A DNA stretch of 64,000 nt from Spirochaetia bacterium (GCA_965199955.1 CBDATQ010000001.1:1504001-1568000), one strand, 5' to 3'. Shown: positions 1 to 10,326, counted from the first letter of the stretch. Notes: a model not told the origin generated them from the sequence alone. Program-made: numbers and translations.

Positions 1-692
1 CGAAGGCGCCGCCGGACACGCCGGCACCGCCGACGACGATCCTGGGCGTGTTCCGCAGACAGGTGGTGTCCGCCGTGCAGCGCATCAGCTCGACGTCCGC
101 TGCCGCGACGCGGGCGGCGGCAAGCAGCGAGTCGTCCACTGGGAACCAGAAGCGGGTCTCCAGTGTCGGCACCGGCCCGCTGTACGGCTACTGCGCGCGG
201 GAACATCATCCCGAAGTTCGCGTAGGGATAGTCGAAGAACGGCGGCGTGCTCCAATTGCCCTCGACCTCTCGGGCCAAGACCAGCTCCAGGTATTGCCCC
301 CAGCGGTCGGCGATCACGATGTCCCCGATGTTCAACGACGGATCGACGCCCTCCGCAATGCCGGAGAACACGATCCGTTCGACGTTGAAGTGGTCCAGCG
401 CGAGCTGGGTCGTCATCGCAGCGTTGACGATGCTGATCCCGCTCAGGAACAGCACGACATCCTGCCCCTGCAGGGTCCCGGCCGAGAACTCGACCCCGTT
501 TACCGAGTATGTCGACGCATCGGCGAGCTCGTGCTGCAGGATCGACAGCTCCGGTGCGAAGGCGGAAATCACCGCAGTCCGCTCAACGTCGTCCGGTATC
601 TCGTGCGCCGTCGCGAAAGAACCCGAACCGAACGACAGGAGCGTAGCGGCAGTCAGAACAACGATCGATTTCGGTAGGCGGAGAGATGCCAT
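1..692 (-). pseudogene. Secreted MTA/SAH nucleosidase-like (PNP/UDP phosphorylase family) protein, frameshifted near 160-165, runs off the window edge
   Basis: Manual translation from ATG 692: signal-like MASLRLPKSIVVLTAATLLSF, then AVISAFAPE, VLFLSGISIVNAAMTTQ, IVFSGIAEGVDPSLNIGD. The family-like continuation ETRFWFPVD...PRIVVGGAGVSGGAF is in another frame. Confidence 0.75.
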
Positions 693-769
693 GGTCACGT
701 ACGCCCCTATTTCACGGCGCGGTTTCAGGTGACGGAGACTCGCACGTGGCGCGAGGACTCGCGCGACAT

Positions 770-920
770 GCGAATGAAGCCGGAGTGGTGCCTCGGCCGC
801 AATGATCGGGTTTACCGCAACGTGGTCCTGGCGGATGGCGTCGGCAACCCAGCGTTTGTACCGCGGGTCTCCCGCTGACCGGTAGTACTCGATCCATACC
901 GAGCTGTCGACGAGGATCAT
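770..920 (-). pseudogene. vapC: VapC/PIN toxin, N-terminal fragment
   Basis: MILVDSSVWIEYYR...NPIIAAE from ATG 920; PIN-like sequence is lost after about 45 aa. Confidence 0.7.
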
Positions 921-1122
921 CGCTCCCGGTACTGACGGACCGCCTCCTGGTACCAGATCAAGCTCTGTGCTGCCCGCGTGACTCAACGCGGCCTGACGCT
1001 TGCGTTCCCGCACCAGCTCCCGGAGTGCGATCGCAATGGTCTCCCGCTTGGTTGACGACGCCAGCAGGGCTTGGGCTTCGCTCAGCAGCTCTTCGTCTAC
1101 CGTGACGGTCAAACCGGGTCAT
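917..1122 (-). pseudogene. vapB: VapB-type antitoxin, frameshifted
   Basis: MTR then a shift to LTVTVDEELLSEAQALLASSTKRETIAIALRELVRERKR; the ancestral stop would overlap the vapC start (ATGA). Confidence 0.7.
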
Positions 1123-1142
1123 TGCGGAAATGAACGGAACGT

Positions 1143-1937
1143 TTAGGCCTCCGCGTGCTCGTTGTGCGGGTTGTCCTCCGGGCCGAACGCCTCCCAGGTG
1201 CCGTTGAAGAAGATGCGCTTCTCGGGTGGGAGCTTCGCCAGGGTCTCTTTGCTGGGGAGGCGATAGGGCCGGTAGCCGTAGGTCGCCGCGCGGTCGTTGT
1301 ACTTGAAGAAGACGCCGTAGCGGGGCTCGTCTCCCTGCCAGGACGCGGCCCCGTGCGCGAGCGTCTCGGTGAAGATGATGGCCGAGCCCTTGGGCGCCGC
1401 GATGTTGCGCACGAGCGGGCCGTCGATGGCGAACAGGTGCTTGTGGTCCTCCGGCGGGACGTGGAAGTCACACTTGTGGGAGCCGGGGATGCAGGCGAAG
1501 CCGCCGTCCTCCTCGGAGATCTCCTGCAGCGTGAGGGACACGACGGTGAGCCCCGTGTAGATCTGGTCGCCATGCACGTAGTAGCGGAAGTTCACCCGGC
1601 CGCCGCGGTGGCCGCCGTGCATCTCGAAGTGCGGACAGCCCTTCGAGCGCACGAAGCTGTAGTTGCCCTCCAGCCGCAGCTTGGGCCCGATGATCTCCTT
1701 CAGGACGGAGATCAGCTTGGGATGGTCGATCAGAGTGGTGAACGGCTCGCCGAGGTTCACCAGTCCGTAGGTCTTTTGCCAAGTGCCGTTGGCGTCGTAG
1801 CCGTCCGGGGTCTTGTCCATCGGCTCCATGTGCTCGCGGATCTTGTGCTTGGCAAGCTCGCACTCCGAGTCCGAGAGCACGTCTTCGACGATCAGGAATC
1901 CCTGCAGGTCGAAGAGATACTTCTGTGTTGCGGTCAT
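1143..1937 (-). CDS. Phytanoyl-CoA dioxygenase (PhyH) family Fe(II)/2OG enzyme with HxG motif
   Basis: KYLFDLQGFLIVEDVL, MHGG, GGFACIPGSHK, GSAIIFTETLAHG; RBS GGAGG upstream. Confidence 0.85.
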   Translation of the reverse strand: MTATQKYLFDLQGFLIVEDVLSDSECELAKHKIREHMEPMDKTPDGYDANGTWQKTYGLVNLGEPFTTLIDHPKLISVLKEIIGPKLRLEGNYSFVRSKGCPHFEMHGGHRGGRVNFRYYVHGDQIYTGLTVVSLTLQEISEEDGGFACIPGSHKCDFHVPPEDHKHLFAIDGPLVRNIAAPKGSAIIFTETLAHGAASWQGDEPRYGVFFKYNDRAATYGYRPYRLPSKETLAKLPPEKRIFFNGTWEAFGPEDNPHNEHAEA

Positions 1938-2000
1938 CGTCCCTCCTTGGCGCTGCGCGCTGCTACGCAGGTGCGCGACGACTGTAGCATCGGCGTGTGG

Positions 2001-2524
2001 CTACTGCGATCCGCGGACGACCAGGGCCCGTGCCGCGGCGGCCGCGACGCCCAGCGCTGCCGGTACGGCGGCGGCGACCGCCAACTCGCCTCTCCACGTG
2101 CCGTCCAGTCCCCAGAGGGCCAGCTCTCCCGCGCGGACCACGGCTGCCAGGAACAGCTCCAGCGCGGTGACCAGCAGGAAGCGGTTGAAGAGCGTACGGT
2201 AGCCTTCGCCCGCGGCCAGCATGGCTTCGGGGGGAAGATCGTGCACCGACTGCCTGAGCCAGCGGCTGCGCACCCCGTAGCGGCTGTAGGCATAGACGAT
2301 GAACACCACGGAGGCGATCCAGCCGACGCCGGCCAGGATCGGCAGTCCGAATCCGAACATGAACCGCAGCAGGCTGACGCTGCCGCGCGGCGCGACGGTG
2401 TGGAGATCGCGCAGCAACCTCAGCAGTTCCAGCAGCAGTGAAAAGCCGTACCCGGCCAGGGCGATCGACGCCAGCGACAGCAGCGCGATCAGCGGCGCCT
2501 TGGCGCGCGCCGTGAGATGGTCAT
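2001..2524 (-). CDS. Hypothetical membrane protein, about 4 TM, start uncertain
   Basis: Four hydrophobic stretches in the 3' part of ORF 2001..2750; the upstream part is antisense to a PIN fragment. Confidence 0.5.
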
Positions 2525-2569
2525 AGTTCCCGGGCAGGCGCGCGTCACTCACGAGATGGGCCAGCATTC

Positions 2570-2762
2570 TACCCCTTTGCCGGAGGCGTCCGTCCGGTTC
2601 GGCGCCATCAAATCCAGCCTGGAGCATTCGGGTCAGACCATCCTCGACTTCGACGTCGCCATCGCCTCGATCGCCGTCGCGCACGGCGCGCAGTTGATCA
2701 CGGCCAATCTCGCCCGCTTCCAGAGGATCGAGGGCTTCACCTGCCGTCACTGGGCGCGATAA
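2570..2762 (+). pseudogene. vapC: VapC/PIN toxin, C-terminal fragment
   Basis: FGAIKSSLEHSGQTILDFDVAIASIAVAHGAQLITANLARFQRIEG; the N-terminal catalytic Asp region is absent. Confidence 0.75.
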
Positions 2763-2791
2763 GCCGGGACGCGTTCGGAAGGGGGTGACCG

Positions 2792-4429
2792 ATGGCTGAT
2801 CAGAGGAAGGACCGGCGCGTACGGCGATATCGGGTCATGTGGGACCAGAACGCCGGGCAGGAGATGTACTACCACCCGCCGATCTCGGCGGAGCGGATCG
2901 CGCAGGCGCACTTCGGCTTCTTCCAGGGCCGCCCGGTGGACGCCTACGTCGGCGCCATGGGCTCCAACGCCGGCTTCACCGTGGGGTGGCCGACCAAGGT
3001 GAAGGGCGTGCAGTTCATCGTCGATCGCATGCAGCGCGGCGCCCGCATCGGGGACATCAAGCTGTGGCGCGCCGCCGAGCACCTGCGCCTCGCCTTCGAG
3101 GCCGGCATCGACCCCGAGGAGGTCAAGGTCCGCGAAGCCAAGCGCATCGGTGTCGACTTCTGGTTCCGCTTGGCCATGAACGACTGGCACCACTGGGGTG
3201 CCCACGCCGACGACGCCAACCTCTGGTCGGGCGAGTTCTTCATCGAGCATCCCGAGTACCTGATCGGCGAGGACGGCGCCGCCGGCTGGCCGGACAGGCT
3301 GTGGAAGGTGCTGCGCTTCTTCCAGGACTACGCCCACCAGGAGGTCCGTGACCTGCGGCGCGACCTGGCCTTCGAATCGTGCGAGCGCTACGACCTGGAC
3401 GGCTTCCTGTGCGACTACATGCGCTGCCCCGGCTACTTCAAGCGCGGCGCGGAGCAGGCCGGCATGGCGCTGATGACCGACATGATGCGGCAGATGCGGA
3501 TCGGCATCGACCGCATCGGCGAAGCGCGCGGCCGGCCGATCGGCTTCGCCGCGCGGGTGCCGAACACCATCGCCGGCAGCGAGCGCCTCGGCCTGGACGT
3601 GCGCACCTGGGTGCGCGACAACTTGGTCGACATCCTCGTGCCATCCTGCTTCTTCGGCCAGGACATGGAGGAGGACATGGGTGAGTGGGTGGAGCTGGCC
3701 GCCTCGACCGACACGCAGATCTACCCGGCGATCGAGGAGGGCTATCTGGCCGGCGACTCCGATGACAAGCGCTGGTTCGTGGAGACGCCGATCATGACGG
3801 GGATGACCAACGAAATGACGCGCGCGATCGCCGCGCGCCATCTGGCGAAGGGTGTTCCCGGCCTGTACGTGTTCAACTACTTCGGCACGGCGCCCACCTA
3901 CAACTACGACAACCGCGACGTGCTGGACGACATCGGCAATCCGATGCGGCTGGAGTTCAGGGACAAGACCTATGTGGTCATGCGCTCGCACGACTCGTTC
4001 CCCAACTGCCTGGAGACCGGGCACCAGATCCCGGCGGTGCTCGGCTCCGAGCCGCTGCCGATCACGATCGAGGTGGCCGACGACGCCCGCGGCAAGGCGG
4101 ACCGCCTGAGCGCGTGCCGCCTGCGCGTCCACCTGACCAACATGACCGGCTACGACGAGGTCGAGGTCGCCCTGAACGGCGAGCTGCTGGAGTGCGACAC
4201 GCCCATGCGCGCCGGCGCCTACTACCTGCGCTGGGTCGGGAGGGACTGGTTCGAGTACGACCTATCTGGCCACCTGCCGCGGCGCGGCCGCAACGAGGTG
4301 ACGCTGCGGATGGCCGGGCGCAACGAGCGCCTGGCCGACGAATTCGACATCACCGTCGAGGACATCGAGCTGGAAGTCCGCTACGAGTACCCCGACGGCA
4401 TCTGGCCCGATTCGCCGAGGCCGGGGTGA
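2792..4429 (+). CDS. Glycoside hydrolase-like TIM-barrel protein (GHL10/DUF187-like)
   Basis: FWFRLAMND, FFIEHPEY, DYAHQEVRD, RYDLDGFLCDYMR, LVDILVPS, GLYVFNYF; C-terminal beta-sandwich-like region. Confidence 0.6.
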   Translation: MADQRKDRRVRRYRVMWDQNAGQEMYYHPPISAERIAQAHFGFFQGRPVDAYVGAMGSNAGFTVGWPTKVKGVQFIVDRMQRGARIGDIKLWRAAEHLRLAFEAGIDPEEVKVREAKRIGVDFWFRLAMNDWHHWGAHADDANLWSGEFFIEHPEYLIGEDGAAGWPDRLWKVLRFFQDYAHQEVRDLRRDLAFESCERYDLDGFLCDYMRCPGYFKRGAEQAGMALMTDMMRQMRIGIDRIGEARGRPIGFAARVPNTIAGSERLGLDVRTWVRDNLVDILVPSCFFGQDMEEDMGEWVELAASTDTQIYPAIEEGYLAGDSDDKRWFVETPIMTGMTNEMTRAIAARHLAKGVPGLYVFNYFGTAPTYNYDNRDVLDDIGNPMRLEFRDKTYVVMRSHDSFPNCLETGHQIPAVLGSEPLPITIEVADDARGKADRLSACRLRVHLTNMTGYDEVEVALNGELLECDTPMRAGAYYLRWVGRDWFEYDLSGHLPRRGRNEVTLRMAGRNERLADEFDITVEDIELEVRYEYPDGIWPDSPRPG

Positions 4430-4773
4430 CCTTGCCGGCCGCGACCCTGAATTAGCGGGGCAAGCTTGTCCATCGGTTCCGTGCCGCTGGCGAGGCCGGC
4501 ACCGACGGGGTGTTCCCTCGCCATGTCAACGGCCTGCGGGTCGGGGTACACGTGGTGCGAGCGCCCAGAGATACGCCGTGTGATCACCGGCATGGTCAAC
4601 CCGGTGCCGATAGACGGCGACGCCACCCGCTGGCTGGCGCCCATGACGGTGTTGGGCCGCTGAGGTCCGTGATCGGCGCATCCACGGGCTCGGTGGGCCT
4701 GTCCTTGTCATTTGATATAAAGGAAGTAATAATCCCGTTATTCCGTACTATCGTTCCTCACGGGAGGTGACCC

Positions 4774-4998
4774 ATGCTCGCCAAGCTGACTTCCAAAAAC
4801 CAACTCACCTTGCCCAAGGCGGTTCTCTCCGACTTCCCGAAATCCGATTATTTTGAAGTTACCAAAGAAAATGGACGCATCATACTGACTCCCGTGCGGT
4901 TGGCCCGCGCTGATGCCGTGCGCGCGAAGCTCGCTGAGCTCGGCATTTCCGAGGCCGACGTGGCCGACGCCGTCACATGGGCTCGCCGGGCGGAGTGA
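4774..4998 (+). CDS. AbrB/MazE-type antitoxin
   Basis: MLAKLTSKNQLTLPK...ENGRIILTPV; GGAGG RBS and AT-rich upstream region. Confidence 0.85.
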   Translation: MLAKLTSKNQLTLPKAVLSDFPKSDYFEVTKENGRIILTPVRLARADAVRAKLAELGISEADVADAVTWARRAE

Positions 4999-5432
4999 TC
5001 TGTGTGCGCGTGGTGCTCGACACCAACGTTCTGCTGTCGGCCCTGCTGTTTCCCGCCGGGTCGATATCCTGGCTGCGCCGAGCCTGGCAGTCCGCATCCA
5101 TGGTGCCGCTGGCGAGCCGCGCTACCACGACGGAGCTGATCCGCGTGCTGTCCTATCCGAAGTTTCGCTTGGCCGATGCCGAGCGAGACGACCTGCTGGC
5201 CGACTACCTGCCTTGGTGCGAGTCGGTGGTCGTGTCGAATCCGCCGGCCGTGCCGAGCTGTCGTGATCCCGCCGACAGGCCGTTCCTCGAGCTCGCGCTG
5301 GTGGGCCAAGCCGACGCTTTGGTGACCGGCGATGACGACCTGCTCTCGCTGGCATCCGGGTTCTCCATTCCCATCCTCACCGCACGCGCCGCGAGGGCCC
5401 GCTGGTTTGGCATGAAGCGCCCGCCCGGCTGA
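4995..5432 (+). CDS. PIN-domain toxin (PIN_3-like)
   Basis: VVLDTNVLLSALL, CRDPADRPFLELA, ADALVTGDDDLL; GTGA overlap with the antitoxin. Confidence 0.85.
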   Translation: MICVRVVLDTNVLLSALLFPAGSISWLRRAWQSASMVPLASRATTTELIRVLSYPKFRLADAERDDLLADYLPWCESVVVSNPPAVPSCRDPADRPFLELALVGQADALVTGDDDLLSLASGFSIPILTARAARARWFGMKRPPG

Positions 5433-5453
5433 CGATGCGCGGCAGGCGGCCCG

Positions 5454-6998
5454 CTATCCGGGCGCGACGCCCCGGGAGGCAAGATCCGCAAACATCGGCG
5501 AATAGCGACCACGGGGACTCATCTCGACCAGGGTGTCCCCCTCGAACACCATGTCGTGCCGCTGCCAGTAGACCCACTCCGCCTCCGAGCGGCGTACGGG
5601 CGTAAAGCGCACGCGCACCTCCGTTCCCTCCGGCAGCGGATCGGTCACCGCCCACGGCTCGATGCGTCCGCTGGCGAGCGTCCCGCCGGCTTCGCCGGCC
5701 CGGCTGACGTTCAAATCCTCCCAAGGCAGCCAGTCCGGCTTGCGCACCCACAGGCTGCCGGCCGCCGGCATCGTCACGGTCACGTCGCCCGCCGCGGGCA
5801 GCCGGCTGCTGGTGCGCGCGGCGCCGCGGTCCGTGGAGAACAGCAGGTTCAGCCGCGTGTCCGAACCGTGCCGCGTCGATCCGTGGCGGAGCGCCGCCCA
5901 AAGGCACTGGATGCCGCCCTGAACGACGTCCAGGACGCTGGTGGCGACGCCCAGCGGGTCGGGCACGTGGCGGTCCGAGGGGCTTGGGAAGCCCCAGCCG
6001 CCGTCGGCCTCCGGAGGGAACTCGGTCACCGCGTAGCTGGGGGCGTCCTCCGGGCTCTGCATCTCCTGGCCGGCCAGCCACTGGCTGGGCAGCACGTGGC
6101 TGCGGATCATGCGCTCTGCGACGCCGAAGTACTTGGGCCGGCCGGCCAGTCCCAGGGCGATCGCCGTCTGGATCATGTCGCCGGTGTTGTTGATCTCGCC
6201 CCTTCCGGGCACACGCTCGTTGCCCAGGCTCTCGATCGACCAGCCGAAGGTGCTGCAGGTCGGCGCCAGCCCCACGTCGAAGATACGGCGGGCGTGCTCG
6301 ACAGTGTCCAGATCACCGATCAGCAGCCCGTAGTCGGCCAGACCTTGTACCGTCCCGGTGATCGAGTGGGTGTGGGTACCGGCCTCCGCGGTGAGGCGGC
6401 CGTCATCGGTGAACGACGTGGTGCGCGCCAGCCGCACGAAGCGGTCGGCCAGCTCCAGCGCGCGCTGGTCGCCGGTTAGGCGAAAGAGGTGGGTGAGGGC
6501 CATCACGGTCCGGGCCCGCGACCGGGGCGGCGGAGACTCGATGCCGTCTCGATCGTCGGTGAACCCGGGATGTTTCAGGCTGGACTCGGCCGCGATCGTC
6601 TCGGCCCGCCAGGTGCCGTCGGGATTGGTGAGGCGGATCCAGGTGTCGAGCAGCGTTCCCAGCCGCTCGCGGGCGGCGCGGTCGTCGCGGGCGGTCGCCA
6701 GCTCCGTGAACGCCTGCACGATCTCGCGCAGGTCGTGCGGATTGGTCTGGCCGTCGACCCGCGGGAACCCGAGCGGATTGTCGGTCAGGTCCAGCAGCAT
6801 GGTGCGCAGGCCGTCGACGACCGCCTCCGGCGCCGGGGTGCCGCTTGCCGCGGCTCCCTTCAGCAGCGCGTCCACGGCACGGCCGTAGTTGTGCGGGTCC
6901 AGCACGCCCTCGGCCAGGCGGCGTTCGCACCAGCGGGCGACGCAAGCCATGGCGCGGGCGATGCGGGCGGGCAGGTCGGCGTCACGGGGATTCGGCAT
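5454..6998 (-). CDS. Hypothetical alpha-barrel protein, GH127/146-like
   Basis: ATG 6998 after GGAGGAG; GTHTHS, GEINNTGDM, AERMIRSHVL, VRKPDW motifs. Confidence 0.5.
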   Translation of the reverse strand: MPNPRDADLPARIARAMACVARWCERRLAEGVLDPHNYGRAVDALLKGAAASGTPAPEAVVDGLRTMLLDLTDNPLGFPRVDGQTNPHDLREIVQAFTELATARDDRAARERLGTLLDTWIRLTNPDGTWRAETIAAESSLKHPGFTDDRDGIESPPPRSRARTVMALTHLFRLTGDQRALELADRFVRLARTTSFTDDGRLTAEAGTHTHSITGTVQGLADYGLLIGDLDTVEHARRIFDVGLAPTCSTFGWSIESLGNERVPGRGEINNTGDMIQTAIALGLAGRPKYFGVAERMIRSHVLPSQWLAGQEMQSPEDAPSYAVTEFPPEADGGWGFPSPSDRHVPDPLGVATSVLDVVQGGIQCLWAALRHGSTRHGSDTRLNLLFSTDRGAARTSSRLPAAGDVTVTMPAAGSLWVRKPDWLPWEDLNVSRAGEAGGTLASGRIEPWAVTDPLPEGTEVRVRFTPVRRSEAEWVYWQRHDMVFEGDTLVEMSPRGRYSPMFADLASRGVAPG

Positions 6999-7029
6999 GG
7001 GCTCCTCCGGAGCGCTATGATGCGGCGCC

Positions 7030-7764
7030 ATGGCGCAGCGCGGCAACGAAGGCGGCACGCTGGCAGAGTCGGTCGACGCGCTGACCTTCGACATCTTCGG
7101 AACGATCGTCGACTGGCGGAGCGGCGTCATCGACGCCGGCCGCGAGTTGCACGGGCGGACCGGCAAGGGCACGGACTGGCCCCGGCTTGCCGATGCGTGG
7201 CGCGGCGGGTACGAGCCGGCGATGGAGCCGGTGCGCAGCGGCCGGCGGCCCTGGGAGCCGATCGACGTGCTGCACGGCGAGATCCTGGACCGGCTGCTGG
7301 CCGAGCGGGGACTGGGGCTCGATGCGGACGACCGCCACTGGTTCGTCCACGCGTGGCACCGGCTGCCGGCATGGCCCGACGTGCGCAACGGGCTGGCGCG
7401 GCTGCGGCGCCGCTTCAAGGTCTGCGCCCTGTCGAACGGCAACGTCTCGCTGCTGGAGGATCTGGCGACCTGCAATGATCTCGGCTTCGACCACATCCTG
7501 TCGGCCGAGCACGCGCGCACCTACAAGCCGATGCCGGCGGTCTACACCACGGCGGCCTCGCGGCTGAACCTGCCGCCGGAGCGAATCCTCATGGTCGCCG
7601 CTCACGACGACGACCTGCGGGGGGCGCGGACCGTCGGCTTCCGCACGGCTTACCTCCCGCGACCCACCGAATGGGGTCCGAACGGCAGCGCCGAGACCCC
7701 GGCCGAGCCGCACGATTTGACGGTCGCCGATTGCGAGGCACTCGCCGACGCGCTGGGAGCGTAA
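7030..7764 (+). CDS. Haloacid dehalogenase type II
   Basis: TFDIFGTIVDW, WHRLPAWPD, LSNGN, YKP, MVAAH..DL. Confidence 0.9.
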   Translation: MAQRGNEGGTLAESVDALTFDIFGTIVDWRSGVIDAGRELHGRTGKGTDWPRLADAWRGGYEPAMEPVRSGRRPWEPIDVLHGEILDRLLAERGLGLDADDRHWFVHAWHRLPAWPDVRNGLARLRRRFKVCALSNGNVSLLEDLATCNDLGFDHILSAEHARTYKPMPAVYTTAASRLNLPPERILMVAAHDDDLRGARTVGFRTAYLPRPTEWGPNGSAETPAEPHDLTVADCEALADALGA

Positions 7765-7799
7765 TCCAGGCAGAGATCCGCGAATATTCTTCTTGGAGC

Positions 7800-8027
7800 T
7801 GGAACGCCGGCGGTTCGATGGAGCTCGTGTAGGTCTGCGCCGATCTCTCCGATCCGGAAACCGCCAACCGGGAGTTGCGCGCTCTCGCTGCGGCAGGCGC
7901 CCGGTTTCCCGATGCCCGCAAGCGCCTGCTGACGCTTGCGCGCGATGGCATTCCTGACGAGGTGCCCTCCGGTGTGGAGGCGCAGCCAGCCTACGAGTGG
8001 CTGCTGACGCCGCCGGCTGATTCATAG
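7800..8027 (+). pseudogene. C-terminal remnant of an AAA_14/DUF4143-type ATPase
   Basis: ELV*VCADLSDPETANRELRALAAA...QPAYEWLL, with an in-frame TAG and no N-terminus. Confidence 0.55.
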
Positions 8028-8048
8028 GCAGGCGTTTGGGCGCCGGCG

Positions 8049-8843
8049 CTACCTGGTCGCTCTGATCGAGTACATGTGCGGGAACGACTCGCCGTGGTGC
8101 GGGAACCGCCACCGCCCGTCCTCGCACCGCTCCATGCCCGCATACGGCTGGCTGCAGAACGGGAACTCGTGCAGGAAATCGATCGTCAATCCGGCGTCGA
8201 TCAGCGCGGTCACCACGTCGCCCAAGGGGTGCTGCCATTCGTGGTGGGGGCTCGATATCAGTTCCCCGCCCGCGTAGCTCGGTTGGTTGCCCGGGGTGGA
8301 CACCTCCCCGTGGAAATAGCCGTACGCCGCTTTCAGTTCACCTGATTCCGAGACCTCGAACGCATCCAGGAACGGGTGGAACTCCACGATATGGAACGTC
8401 CCGCCCGGTCTGAGCATGCGGTGAATGACCGACGCCCACTTGTCCAGGCGAGGAAGCCAGACCAGGACACCGTACGACGTGAGCACGATGTCGAACTTCT
8501 CATCGAGCACGTCCGGCAGGTCGTACACGTCGGAACGGATGAACCGCGTGTTCAGTTCCTGCTCATCGCTCAGCGACCTCGCCAGGTCGATCGCGGCGTC
8601 GGAGAAGTCGACGCCGGTGGCCTTCGCCCCCAGACGCGCCCACGACATCGTGTCCAGCCCGAAGTGGCACTGGAGGTGGAGCAACGTCGTGCCGGCGACA
8701 TCGCCGACCTCCCGGCGCTCGACATCGGTGAGCGTGATCCGGCCTGCCTTGAAGCCCTTGACGTCATAGAACGAGGAAGACGCGTGGACCGGCGTCCGCT
8801 CATTCCAGTTCTGTCGATTGTCCCGGAGTCGTTCGTCTTCCAT
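8049..8843 (-). CDS. Class I SAM-dependent methyltransferase
   Basis: LLHLQCHFGLDT, GVDFS, FDIV..SYGVL.WLP, LRPGG.F...EFHP. Confidence 0.9.
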   Translation of the reverse strand: MEDERLRDNRQNWNERTPVHASSSFYDVKGFKAGRITLTDVERREVGDVAGTTLLHLQCHFGLDTMSWARLGAKATGVDFSDAAIDLARSLSDEQELNTRFIRSDVYDLPDVLDEKFDIVLTSYGVLVWLPRLDKWASVIHRMLRPGGTFHIVEFHPFLDAFEVSESGELKAAYGYFHGEVSTPGNQPSYAGGELISSPHHEWQHPLGDVVTALIDAGLTIDFLHEFPFCSQPYAGMERCEDGRWRFPHHGESFPHMYSIRATR

Positions 8844-9009
8844 GTCGTAGGCTTGCTGCCCCGCCCGCACTACTCGCCGAGCGATGGCAGGTCGAGCCAA
8901 TAGCGAGTGTAGCGGCGAGCACCGGTACGTCGCAGAGCTCGGTTGCCATCCGGTCGGTTGCCAGATCCAGCTCATGGGCTATAGAACGCCATCCTATAGC
9001 CCAGAGGCC

Positions 9010-10326
9010 CTATCCGGAGACGGCGTAGATGGCGGAGGCGCGGGCGTAGAGGCGGACGCGGATCAGGGAGCCTGCCAGCTCGGTGCCGTCGCGGCGCCGG
9101 CCTTCGCCGTGCCAGACCAGGGGGTGGTCAGGGCGGTCGAGGGGGCCCTGCAGCAGGCAGCCGTCGCGTTCGTAGCCGGGGATCACTCGGTCGCGGTCGT
9201 CGATCAGCTCGGCCATCACGTACGCCTGGTTCTCCTGGTTGTCGTATTCGTCGCCGGGGATCTTGACGTTGAGCCGCAACGGGCCGGCCGGCATCGGGAA
9301 CTCGGCGGTCTCGAAATGCGAGTTGGTCGTCGACGTCGCATACGTCAGCCGGTCGGCCGGCAGCCCATGCAGGCGGTCGGCACGCTGGAACAGCATCATG
9401 CCGTTCACGAGGATCGGGTTGTGCAGCGAGAAGGCGCCGGCGTCGATCTCCCGGAACGGCCGGCTCCAGTTCAGTCCGTCGCGGCTGATCCAGCGTTCGC
9501 AGGGCAGGAACACGCCGTGGCCGTTGGCGCGCATCGGGTCGATGCCGGGTTGGATGAAGCTGCCGGCGTAGTTGTTCATGTGCATGTAGTAGCGGCCCTC
9601 ATGGGCAAAGGTGCTGCCCGAGTAGAACTCCAGGTCGGGCGGGTCCTCGTCGTCAGGCGAGATCTGGAACTCGATCGGCACCAGCCGCCCGCGCAGCAGC
9701 CGCATGTTGTTGTGGTACTCGGGCTTCTCGAAGTACTGGCTGGCGGTGTCCGGCGTCCATGTGAAGCCGTCCTCGCTGGTGCGGATCGTCACCACGCGGC
9801 GCCCATTGAGGACCAAGTCGTGCACGCCCTTGTCCCAGCGCTGCCAGCCCTTGCCGTAATAGATGAACCGTTGCACGGCGGGGCTCCACATCGCGCCCCA
9901 GGCGTCGCCGTCGGCGAACACCGGTCCGCCCGGATGCTCCTCCCAGCTCTCGCCATCGCGGCTGTGGAAGATGTACATCTGCATCTCGCCGTGGTGGATG
10001 GCGTTCTTCATGAAGACGTAGCGCTCGAGTTCCGGGCTGTAGGCCATGCGCGCGGCGTAGTGCCATTTGTACTCCGAGCGCTCGCAGACGACGTGCGTGT
10101 CTTCGAAGCGGATGCCGTCGGTCGTCACGCTGCGCAGCAGCTTCCAGGGCGTGTGCCGGCTCATCTGATAGTGGAACACGTCCGCGGTGCCGTCGGTCCG
10201 GGGCGCCGCGAAGCAGATGACGTCGCGCATCTCGGTCCTGCCCAGGGGCCGGAACGGCGTCGGGCGGAACCGCACGTGGCCCCACGGCCGATGCACGTCG
10301 TGCCGGTCCATGAACAGCAGCTTCAT
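9010..10326 (-). CDS. Hypothetical beta-propeller protein (GH32/GH43-like)
   Basis: Asp-box-like repeats TTDGIRF, SRDGESW, SEDGFTW, SRDGLNW; C-terminal LRLNV...ELID...IPGY...LVW. Confidence 0.55.
   Translation of the reverse strand: MKLLFMDRHDVHRPWGHVRFRPTPFRPLGRTEMRDVICFAAPRTDGTADVFHYQMSRHTPWKLLRSVTTDGIRFEDTHVVCERSEYKWHYAARMAYSPELERYVFMKNAIHHGEMQMYIFHSRDGESWEEHPGGPVFADGDAWGAMWSPAVQRFIYYGKGWQRWDKGVHDLVLNGRRVVTIRTSEDGFTWTPDTASQYFEKPEYHNNMRLLRGRLVPIEFQISPDDEDPPDLEFYSGSTFAHEGRYYMHMNNYAGSFIQPGIDPMRANGHGVFLPCERWISRDGLNWSRPFREIDAGAFSLHNPILVNGMMLFQRADRLHGLPADRLTYATSTTNSHFETAEFPMPAGPLRLNVKIPGDEYDNQENQAYVMAELIDDRDRVIPGYERDGCLLQGPLDRPDHPLVWHGEGRRRDGTELAGSLIRVRLYARASAIYAVSG

Noticed and set aside
4430..4710. 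Possible ncRNA or small gene upstream of the AbrB-PIN pair
   Set aside because: No RNA family motif or convincing ORF recognised; may be a gene remnant.
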